This document shows positions 7,641-13,738 of a stretch of DNA of 13,738 nucleotides, piece after piece (position 1 is the first letter of the stretch; each line of letters begins with the position of its first letter). Under the pieces are notes generated by a model. That model searched no databases, had not been told where the DNA came from, and worked only from the letters and a program-made list of their open reading frames with translations. Source of the DNA: an uncultured bacterium (lineage in GTDB: Bacteria > Muiribacteriota > UBA6191 > CAZXTJ01); assembly GCA_964643655.1 (NCBI GenBank), contig CAZXTJ010000169.1, positions 1 to 13,738 of the forward strand, read 5' to 3'. The position numbers and the translations under genes were made by a program.

Positions 7641-7691
7641 TTGACAATAAGGAGAGGATCTTTGACATCTTGGGTCAAAGTCGCCTAGTTT
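7641..7691 (+). promoter_or_regulatory. Sigma-70-like promoter candidate for the nitroreductase/flavoprotein operon, with a palindromic operator-like element overlapping its -35 and spacer
   Basis: Two TTGACA hexamers (7641..7646 and 7662..7667). The second is followed after 18 nt by TAGTTT (7686..7691). The palindrome CTTTGAC-N7-GTCAAAG (7660..7680) spans that -35 and spacer. An AGGAGGG RBS and the ATG at 7717 lie downstream. Confidence 0.35.
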
Positions 7692-7716
7692 GGAACCTTC
7701 AGGAGGGAACAATCAT

Positions 7717-8217
7717 ATGGACGCGATCCTGACAAGACGCAGCATAAGAAAATTCACAGAGCAAGAAGTTACTGAGGAACAGTTGACTTCCATATTAAAA
7801 GCAGCAATGGCGGCTCCATCAGCTGGTAATGCCCAACCCTGGCAATTCATCGTCATTCGAGACAAGATAACCATGGAGGCAGTGACGGGTTTCCATCCCT
7901 ACGCCAAAATGTTGCCCGAAGCTTCAGTTGCAGTTGTCGTATGCGGAGATCTTTCATTGGAGAAATTCGAAGGTTTCTGGGTACAAGACTGCTCGGCAGC
8001 AATTCAAAACATTCTTTTGCAAGTAACAGCCTTGGGGCTTGGGGCCGTGTGGCTCGGAGTACATCCCATTCAAGAACGTGTCGTCGGTGCCCGAGAACTC
8101 TTTGGTATTCCCACCAATGTCATTCCTCTGGCCATCATTCCTATTGGGTATCCAAATGAAAGTAAAGAATCCGTCGACAGATATCAAGCTGACAGAATTC
8201 ACGATGAACGTTGGTAG
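7717..8217 (+). CDS. Nitroreductase-family flavoprotein (NAD(P)H:FMN oxidoreductase fold)
   Basis: The ORF track starts it at 7690, but AGGAGGG lies 8 nt upstream of the ATG at 7717, giving MDAILTRRSIRKF. Canonical nitroreductase N-terminus (RRSxRxF, then EEQLxxILxAAxxAPSAGNxQPWxF). About 166 aa. Confidence 0.85.
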   Translation: MDAILTRRSIRKFTEQEVTEEQLTSILKAAMAAPSAGNAQPWQFIVIRDKITMEAVTGFHPYAKMLPEASVAVVVCGDLSLEKFEGFWVQDCSAAIQNILLQVTALGLGAVWLGVHPIQERVVGARELFGIPTNVIPLAIIPIGYPNESKESVDRYQADRIHDERW

Positions 8218-8232
8218 TTGGGGAGGAAAGAG

Positions 8233-8811
8233 ATGAAAGTCGTAGCATTCAACGGAAGCCCACGCAAAAACGGCAATACTAACGAATTGTTGCAGGTCCT
8301 TCGCAGCCGTCTCGAAGAAGCCGGCATAAAATACGAGCAAATTGATATCTGCAAATCTCATCCTCGTGGTTGTACAGCCTGTTATGCCTGCGTGAAAAAT
8401 CAGGACAAAAAATGTGTCATCGCCACAGATCCACTCAATGAGTGGGTGGAAAAGATGATAGAAGCAGACGGTATCATTCTCGCCTCACCTACATATTTCT
8501 CTAACGTAACTTCAGAGATGAAGGCCCTCATCGATAGAGCTGGTTTAGTGGGAAAAATCAATGATTGTGCTTTTAAGCGCAAAATTGGTGCAGCCGTCGT
8601 TGCTGTTCGACGAGCTGGTGCATTGCCCACCTTTGACGCCATGAACCACTTCTTCCAAATCAACCAAATGATGGTTGTCGGTTCTAGCTACTGGAACCTT
8701 GGCGTCGGTCGCGAACCAGGTGAAGTCAAAGGCGATGAAGAAGGCTTGCAAACAATGAAGGATTTGGGCGACAACATGGCTTGGTTGATCAAAAAAACCA
8801 AGGGTGAATGA
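8233..8811 (+). CDS. Iron-sulfur flavoprotein (Isf-like) of the NADPH-dependent FMN reductase/flavodoxin-like family, with a compact CX2CX2CX7C cluster motif
   Basis: GGGAGG lies 7 nt upstream of the ATG at 8233 (MKVVAFNGSPRKNGNT...). The track's 8218 start is in-frame but lacks an RBS. Flavodoxin-like_2 signature: GSPRKNGNT...ADGIILASPTYF. Cys cluster: C-KSHPRG-C-TA-C-YA-C-VKNQDKK-C. It starts 15 nt after the nitroreductase stop, so the two are a probable operon. Confidence 0.8.
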   Translation: MKVVAFNGSPRKNGNTNELLQVLRSRLEEAGIKYEQIDICKSHPRGCTACYACVKNQDKKCVIATDPLNEWVEKMIEADGIILASPTYFSNVTSEMKALIDRAGLVGKINDCAFKRKIGAAVVAVRRAGALPTFDAMNHFFQINQMMVVGSSYWNLGVGREPGEVKGDEEGLQTMKDLGDNMAWLIKKTKGE

Positions 8812-8815
8812 TTTG

Positions 8816-10768
8816 TTAGTCGGCCATGTAAGTTTTCAGTAGCGGAGTCAATCGATCATATTCTGATTCTAAGACAGAAAGCGTTTCTGGAGCGCCATCC
8901 AAACATCGGTGTCGCCCCATATCACATAAACGACTGGCCATATCCCCTACTCCGTGGGCACCAATATATCCTGCTGCACCTTTGAGTGAATGAGCCGCTT
9001 CATGCATCTCGTCAACATTGGCCCGCCCCACAGCAATTCTCAACCTCTCTATTCTCTGAGGAGCATCAGAGAGAAATGTGCTAATGAGACGATGAAGCAA
9101 TGAACGATTGCCATTGACATGACGTAGGGCTTCTTCAGAATCAAATGGAACTGAGACTCGTTTTTTACAAGATGTAGTCTCAATCTTAGCCTTTTCTGAG
9201 TTTTCCTCGCCTGGTCCTGCAGCCTCTTCAGTGGCAATGATGAGCTCTTTGGCAATGACAGGTTTGTTGAGAATGGAGTCGGCTCCAGCTGCAATAATTG
9301 ATTCTCTGCGGCGCATATCTGTATTGGCCGTTACGGCAATGATGGGCGTATAACGACTCATGGTAGATTCCAGCTCACGCATTCTCAGAGTCGTTTGTAC
9401 ACCATCGAGAACAGGCATGGAAAGATCCATCAAAATGATATCAAAAACTTCTCTTTTAAAGAGATAGAGAGCTTCTGCTCCATTCTCGACGACAGAGACC
9501 TGATGGCCACGAGCATTCAAAATCTCAAAGGCAAACTCACTATTGACTGGATGATCTTCAGCAATGAGAACTTTGAGCGGACGATGACACTCTTTTTCCA
9601 CTTGGCCTGTGACCAAAACCACATCTTCCATTTTTGGTGGATGATCCAATACTTGCTCAAAGGTTGTAATCAACTCCATACCTATGATTGGACCAATGAG
9701 AAGATGAATGTGGTCCAGTCTCAAAAGAGCATCCATGATTTCCATAGCTTTTTCTGGACAGAGGGAAATTATCAAAGGTAAGCCAGGTGAGATTCGGCGT
9801 ATCTCGTTGACCATATCACGGATATTTTTCGCATGGATACCAACGCCATCAATATAAGCTGCACCATATTGCTGTCCTTCCACTTTGCTACATGCCAATA
9901 AAGTTTTTACCTCTCGCAATGAACCCACAAAAGTTGATGTTGCCCCGCGGAAGACGAGAAGTTCATCAATCCATTGGCGATGGGATGCACAGTGCGAGAC
10001 TATCATGGTTTTATGACCAACGAGAGAGTTGCGTTCAACCACTTCTCCGTAGTTATTTTCAAACTGAGTCAGTCTTATCTCATATCGCAAGTCATGCTCT
10101 CTTGCAGAAAAACCTGTTGGGACCTTTGCAAACAAGGGTGACGAGATTGGCAGAGCAAAATCACTGATCAGACGAGCTCCATTGTCATCACATTGAACAC
10201 TGAACAATATCTCTATTTCTTTGGCGCTCTCTAGGTGCATGATTGTGGATATTGCCTTTTTTAGCTCTCCTGCCAGGTTTGGTGCACTCACAGTCACATT
10301 TGTGGCCGTTGGAGAAGAAAAACTTGGACGCAAAATTTTTCCATGTTCACAGCCATCAGGTGCCAAGGACCAGATGACCTGCCCCACGAGACTATCCAAT
10401 CTTTGCGGCGCACAAGAATAATCCATTGTAGAAAGAAGAGCTTGCGATAGATTTGTCATGGCTTTGGAGAAGATGCGAGACTCCCAAAGAATGTCTCTGT
10501 TGATAGCTCCTTGAGCAAGTTTTGTCATTGTCAGCAGTGCAGACTTCGTTTCAACGTCCAAACCCTTCCTCTTTTTATCATGTCTCTTCTTCTTTGCATG
10601 AGTTACAAAAAACTTACTCCTCTTGAAAAATGCCACTGCCGTGGCTATGGCACAGCAGGTCATAGAAAGGGCAAATGGTGAATTGTAGAGTGCTATGGCG
10701 AAAGCCACGAGGGAAATTGTCATGAGCAACATGCGCTCGAGTTTTGTGCTCTCACGAGAGATTGTCAT
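8816..10768 (-). CDS. Membrane protein with receiver (REC) and C-terminal histidine phosphotransfer (HPt) domains. The N-terminal and central region has no recognisable histidine-kinase H-box or ATP-binding boxes. Putative phosphorelay intermediate.
   Basis: 650-aa ORF. AAAGGAG lies 5 nt upstream of the ATG at 10768. Two N-terminal hydrophobic segments: MLLMTISLVAFAIALY and ALSMTCCAIATAVAFF. Intact REC at about residues 398-510: KVLIAEDH...ILMDLSMP...AVTAN...LNKP. HPt at about residues 545-640 with HSLKGAAGYIGA. Residues 240-390 look like a degenerate pseudo-receiver. The gene ends 4 nt from the convergent flavoprotein gene. Confidence 0.75.
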   Translation of the reverse strand: MTISRESTKLERMLLMTISLVAFAIALYNSPFALSMTCCAIATAVAFFKRSKFFVTHAKKKRHDKKRKGLDVETKSALLTMTKLAQGAINRDILWESRIFSKAMTNLSQALLSTMDYSCAPQRLDSLVGQVIWSLAPDGCEHGKILRPSFSSPTATNVTVSAPNLAGELKKAISTIMHLESAKEIEILFSVQCDDNGARLISDFALPISSPLFAKVPTGFSAREHDLRYEIRLTQFENNYGEVVERNSLVGHKTMIVSHCASHRQWIDELLVFRGATSTFVGSLREVKTLLACSKVEGQQYGAAYIDGVGIHAKNIRDMVNEIRRISPGLPLIISLCPEKAMEIMDALLRLDHIHLLIGPIIGMELITTFEQVLDHPPKMEDVVLVTGQVEKECHRPLKVLIAEDHPVNSEFAFEILNARGHQVSVVENGAEALYLFKREVFDIILMDLSMPVLDGVQTTLRMRELESTMSRYTPIIAVTANTDMRRRESIIAAGADSILNKPVIAKELIIATEEAAGPGEENSEKAKIETTSCKKRVSVPFDSEEALRHVNGNRSLLHRLISTFLSDAPQRIERLRIAVGRANVDEMHEAAHSLKGAAGYIGAHGVGDMASRLCDMGRHRCLDGAPETLSVLESEYDRLTPLLKTYMAD

Positions 10769-10802
10769 GAGGCTCCTTTCATTTTCGAACTTTTAAAGGC
10801 TA

Positions 10803-10818
10803 TGCAATCTCTCTGCCA
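10803..10818 (-). promoter_or_regulatory. Sigma-54 (-24/-12) promoter candidate for the membrane REC-HPt gene (8816..10768), divergent from the one above
   Basis: The minus strand reads TGGCAgagagaTTGCA: GG and GC have correct spacing and the -12 TTGCA is perfect. The predicted TSS is about 24 nt upstream of the ATG at 10768, with a AAAGGAG RBS in between. Confidence 0.55.
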
Positions 10819-10874
10819 CAGGTGAATGTGCCTCTCTAGAACGAAAGCCCTTTCCAAAGGCAATAGATGAGGCT

Positions 10875-10905
10875 TTTCACTATGGCAATGTGAAACAAGT
10901 GTCAC
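10875..10905. promoter_or_regulatory. Inverted-repeat cluster between the two divergent sigma-54 promoters: candidate enhancer (UAS) for an EBP
   Basis: TTTCAC-tatggcaat-GTGAAA (10875..10895) overlaps GTGAaacaagtgTCAC (10890..10905). There are also two GGCAAT copies. A T-rich tract (10906..10925, possible bend or IHF site) follows, toward the + strand promoter. Confidence 0.4.
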
Positions 10906-10929
10906 TTTTTGTCTTCTTTTTCAGCTTCG

Positions 10930-10947
10930 TTGCGCATTTTGCGCATT
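10930..10947 (+). repeat. Perfect tandem direct repeat TTGCGCATT x2, abutting and overlapping the first base of the -24 element
   Basis: TTGCGCATTTTGCGCATT is visible directly. Each copy contains the palindrome TGCGCA. The last T is T1 of TGGCAC. Confidence 0.5.
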
Positions 10948-10962
10948 GGCACGAAGCATGCA
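10947..10962 (+). promoter_or_regulatory. Sigma-54 (-24/-12) promoter candidate for the response-regulator/pseudo-HK operon
   Basis: TGGCACGaagcaTGCA: the -24 element TGGCACG is perfect, and GC is at the exact -12 spacing (aTGCA against TTGCA). It lies about 46 nt upstream of the ATG at 11008, leaving room for a 5' UTR of about 35 nt with a GAGGAGG RBS. Confidence 0.6.
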
Positions 10963-11007
10963 GATGGGCGACTAGGGGAATCTGAGGCAGTCCTTTGAGG
11001 AGGAAGA

Positions 11008-11604
11008 ATGAAAATATTGATAGCCGATGATGATGCCATGTCCCGCCAACTGCTCAGTGGTTTGGTCACTGAGTGGGGTCACGAACCAGTTACGGCCGAA
11101 AATGGTGAAGAAGCTTGGCAAATTCTGACTGAGCAAAAGCTGCAGTTCATCATCGTAGATTGGATGATGCCCCGCCTAACGGGAGTAAATCTCTGTGAAA
11201 GAATACGAGCAAGTGAACTTGATCAATATATCTACATCATTCTTCTCACTTCACGAAAAGATGCAGATGAAATCGTGACCGGTCTCAATGCAGGTGCAGA
11301 TGATTATGTGACAAAACCCTTTGATGCTCGGGAGCTGGAAGTGCGCCTCAATGTTGGTATTCGTGTACTCGATTTGGAGCGCAGATTAGAGGAAAGAGCT
11401 CGCCAAGCAGAGGAACAGCTTCAGCAGATCAACAAGCTGGAAAGCCTCATTCCAATTTGCTGTGAATGTCGACAAGTGCGCGATGACAAGAATTACTGGC
11501 ACAAAGTAGAAACTTATCTAGCAAAACGCACACCAGCAAAATTCACACACACCTTGTGTCCTCATTGCTACAACAAAGCTATGGCCGAGATTGAAGCAGC
11601 TTAA
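11008..11604 (+). CDS. Response regulator: canonical receiver domain, then a coiled-coil linker and a C-terminal Cys/His-rich zinc-ribbon-like domain
   Basis: 198-aa ORF. RBS GAGGAGGAAG lies just upstream. REC residues: ADDD, IIVDWMMP (phospho-Asp), LLTS, VTKPF. C-terminus: IPICCECRQVRDDKNYWHKVETYLAKRTPAKFTHTLCPHCY (C-C-x-C ... C-P-H-C). The stop TAA overlaps the next gene's ATG (TAATG). Confidence 0.85.
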   Translation: MKILIADDDAMSRQLLSGLVTEWGHEPVTAENGEEAWQILTEQKLQFIIVDWMMPRLTGVNLCERIRASELDQYIYIILLTSRKDADEIVTGLNAGADDYVTKPFDARELEVRLNVGIRVLDLERRLEERARQAEEQLQQINKLESLIPICCECRQVRDDKNYWHKVETYLAKRTPAKFTHTLCPHCYNKAMAEIEAA

Positions 11605-13738
11605 TGAAAAAAAGGTCTATTCATAGGTGGTTGGACGAAGTAGCTCGCTCTGGAGACACAAAATCCTGTTTGGCAGTTCTAAAAGAACTAGTCAACTCAC
11701 TACCTGACTACTTCGAACACAGCAAGGAGACTGCTGTCAGACTCATCCATGATGACCAAAATATAGAAACACAAAAATTTTGCAACACAAAATCCAAACT
11801 GCAGTTTCCCATTTGTGATGGAAACAAAGTACGAGGTTCTTTGGAAGTCTGCTATCTTCAAGACTTTCCTCTGGCCGACGAAGGTCCCTTTAGAGAAGAA
11901 GAAATTGAGATAGTAAAAACAGCTGCCCGCATTGCTGGTTTTGCCTTAGAACGTTGTCGAATGTTTGCAGAAAGACATCAACTGAAGGCTTCCGCAAAGG
12001 GTTATGCCCACACGAGTGGTCAAGTCATTGCTGCACTTCGTTATCAAATGAGAGCTCCCCTCAATGGCATCTTGGGTTTTGCAGAAATGCTTCTTGAAGA
12101 TCAGCTCACTCAAGAGCAAAGAGATGCTGTCAATGCCATTCAATCTGGTGCCGACTCCGTCCTCGACATAACAGATTCGATTTTGGATTATGCTCGTCTC
12201 GATGCTGATGAATTGGAACTGGACAAGAAAGAATTCTCTCTTTCTGCCTTAGTGAATGGGCTCACAGCTTCAATCGAAAAACGAACAGGTCGTTTGATTG
12301 ATATCAAAAGTGAGCTGCCACCCAAACTGAGTTCAGTTATCGGTGATAGCAGACGCTTGCGGGAGGCTCTGGAGAGCTTGGTTTCTTATTGCGCTTCATT
12401 GGATGTGGAAAACACAACAAAAGCCAACATCTACGTTGAACAAACTGACGATACTCTTGACCTCAACATGGAGGTCTATGGTCCACATGTAATTCACTCT
12501 TCCCTTTCTGAAGAGCAATTGTTCAATCCCTTCGAAGGAAAAGCGGAGTATGACATTCCAGAGAAGGCTGCCTTGGAATTGGCCATTGCACGTGGTTTGT
12601 CACGACAAATGAATGGCGATCTCATTCTGGACAAAGTGGATGACAAGGTCATTTTTCGCCTTTTCGCAAGATTACCACGACCTTCAGCCGAAGAAAATGC
12701 TGGGGCAAATCATGCACCTGACGCATCATTAAAAATACTCGTTGCAGATGACAGTAAAGTCATTAGGGTCTTGGCCTCGAAGATATTGACGGGTCTGGGC
12801 CATCAAGTTGATTTGGCTGAAGATGGTGCTCAAGCCCTTGCCAAAGGTGCTGAAGACAAACACGATCTCATTTTGATGGATCTGAACATGCCCAACATGT
12901 CAGGTTTTGAAGCTACGAGAGCCCTGCGAGAGAAAAAAATCAAAACACCCATAGTCTCAATCTCATCTTCTGCTCTGGCAGAGGATAGACGTCAAAGCTT
13001 GGAAAGCGGCATGAGTGGTTTTGTCACTAAACCATTCAAACGTAACGATCTTCGTGCCGTCCTTTCCGAACACTGTGGTGTTCAGTCTCAAGCAGATAAA
13101 AAAGAAGAACCACTCAAAGTACTCATCATCGATGATGACAAAGTCATGCGAAAACTAGTGCGTATGGTCGTGAAAAGAACCTATCCCAATGCTGTTGTCA
13201 AAACTGCAGATGATGGATTGGAAGCTTGTGCACTCTTGGGTAGCTTCTTACCTCGATTAGTCATTACCGACATCATCATTCCTGGTGTAGATGGTGTTGC
13301 TGTAGTCCGCTTCATCAATGAACGAGAACGGTACAAAAACACAGCTGTCGTCGCCATGAGTTCCCTTGGAGTCGATGATGATAGAGTGAGAACTCTCAGA
13401 AGACTGGGTGCAAAACAAATACTACCTAAACCCTTTGAGTGGAATGTCTTTTCACAGGCTGTCAGTGCTGCACTGAATGATGATTCTCTTTCAGCAGATA
13501 CCTTGGAAACAGAGAAACCCAAAATTGTCCCCATGCCCATTCCCTTTGACGCAGGCACAACAGAAGTACCCATTTGGGACATCAACAAAGGATTACGCTC
13601 TGCCGGCGGTTGTTCTAGTCTCTTGAGTTCAGTCGTTGGTGTATTTCTCGATGATGTTCGAGTACGTTTTGATGCCCTCGTTGATGGTATGGAGCAAGAG
13701 GACCTTTCCTGTGTACAAATGCAATCACACACCTTAAA
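11604..13738 (+). CDS. Hybrid sensor histidine kinase-like protein with a degenerate (probably catalytically dead) kinase core, two receiver domains and a C-terminal HPt domain. Partial: the 3' end runs off the window.
   Basis: A hand-translated open frame runs from the ATG at 11604 (overlapping the response-regulator stop) to the window end, with no stop. The ORF track omits it. N-terminal 130 aa are GAF/PAS-like. The HisKA-like helix reads AALRYQMRAPLNGILGFAEMLLED. The Tyr codon at 12042..12044 sits where the phospho-His of the SHELRTPL motif belongs. HATPase_c-like region: IGDSRRLREALESLVSYCASL (N-box Asn replaced), G1 box EVYGPH, G2 box AALELA in place of GxGLGL. REC1 at about 12732..13080 (KILVADD...LILMDLNMP...TKPF). 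REC2 at about 13117..13450 (KVLIIDDD...LVITDIIIPGVDG...LPKPF). HPt begins near 13560 and ends at the window edge inside the QSHTLK motif. Confidence 0.8.
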   Translation, partial: MKKRSIHRWLDEVARSGDTKSCLAVLKELVNSLPDYFEHSKETAVRLIHDDQNIETQKFCNTKSKLQFPICDGNKVRGSLEVCYLQDFPLADEGPFREEEIEIVKTAARIAGFALERCRMFAERHQLKASAKGYAHTSGQVIAALRYQMRAPLNGILGFAEMLLEDQLTQEQRDAVNAIQSGADSVLDITDSILDYARLDADELELDKKEFSLSALVNGLTASIEKRTGRLIDIKSELPPKLSSVIGDSRRLREALESLVSYCASLDVENTTKANIYVEQTDDTLDLNMEVYGPHVIHSSLSEEQLFNPFEGKAEYDIPEKAALELAIARGLSRQMNGDLILDKVDDKVIFRLFARLPRPSAEENAGANHAPDASLKILVADDSKVIRVLASKILTGLGHQVDLAEDGAQALAKGAEDKHDLILMDLNMPNMSGFEATRALREKKIKTPIVSISSSALAEDRRQSLESGMSGFVTKPFKRNDLRAVLSEHCGVQSQADKKEEPLKVLIIDDDKVMRKLVRMVVKRTYPNAVVKTADDGLEACALLGSFLPRLVITDIIIPGVDGVAVVRFINERERYKNTAVVAMSSLGVDDDRVRTLRRLGAKQILPKPFEWNVFSQAVSAALNDDSLSADTLETEKPKIVPMPIPFDAGTTEVPIWDINKGLRSAGGCSSLLSSVVGVFLDDVRVRFDALVDGMEQEDLSCVQMQSHTL

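Noticed and set aside
7941-8751. ORFs 7941..8159 (+), 7954..8361 (-), 8039..8236 (+), 8400..8663 (-), 8545..8751 (-)
   Set aside because: They are shadows inside the nitroreductase and Isf flavoprotein genes.
9049-10421. ORFs 9049..9294 (-), 9395..9781 (+), 9892..10167 (+), 10221..10421 (+)
   Set aside because: They are nested in or antisense to the 650-aa REC-HPt gene.
11946-13732. Minus-strand ORFs 11946..12143 and 13181..13732 (183 aa)
   Set aside because: They are antisense to the continuous + strand hybrid kinase-like frame carrying the HisKA-like, REC x2 and HPt motifs. Their Ser/Thr/Arg-rich low-complexity translation is typical of artefacts.
1-13738. CRISPR arrays, IS elements or integrase remnants, tRNA/rRNA genes
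   Set aside because: No regularly spaced direct repeats, no terminal inverted repeats flanking a transposase-like ORF, and no tRNA-like structures in the short intergenic spaces.

Overview
The window is gene-dense bacterial chromosome, roughly 46% GC by eye, with 10 protein-coding genes. I see no rRNA, tRNA, CRISPR array or mobile-element signature. Two CDSs run off the window edges, so the six-frame ORF track omits them; I recovered both by translating the sequence by hand. The first is a minus-strand Hanks-type Ser/Thr kinase covering bases 1..1955. Its GTG start overlaps, by 8 nt, the stop of an FHA-GAF-AAA+ sigma-54 enhancer-binding protein (EBP) at 1948..3849. The second is a plus-strand degenerate hybrid histidine kinase (pseudo-HK) from 11604 past 13738. 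It has a Tyr where the HisKA phospho-acceptor His should be and degenerate ATP-binding boxes, but two intact receiver domains and a C-terminal HPt domain. The centre of the window encodes a clear bacterial homolog of eukaryotic major vault protein (MVP, 4944..7478/7505, minus). It is followed by a small secreted HEAT-like repeat protein. Convergent to that secreted gene is a membrane-anchored protein built from tandem repeats of about 22 residues. Further along are a nitroreductase and an Isf-type iron-sulfur flavoprotein pair. Next come a membrane REC-HPt protein with no recognisable kinase core, a response regulator carrying a C-terminal Cys/His zinc-ribbon-like tail, and the pseudo-HK. Between the divergent REC-HPt and response-regulator genes I find two sigma-54 -24/-12 promoters in back-to-back orientation (10803..10818 minus; 10947..10962 plus). 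They flank inverted repeats (10875..10905) and a T-rich tract, which together form a textbook EBP-dependent control region. My working hypothesis is a single circuit: Ser/Thr kinase, then FHA-EBP, then sigma-54 promoters, then a kinase-dead phosphorelay, possibly coupled to vault (MVP) production. All functional calls are from motif reading only. No database search was run.
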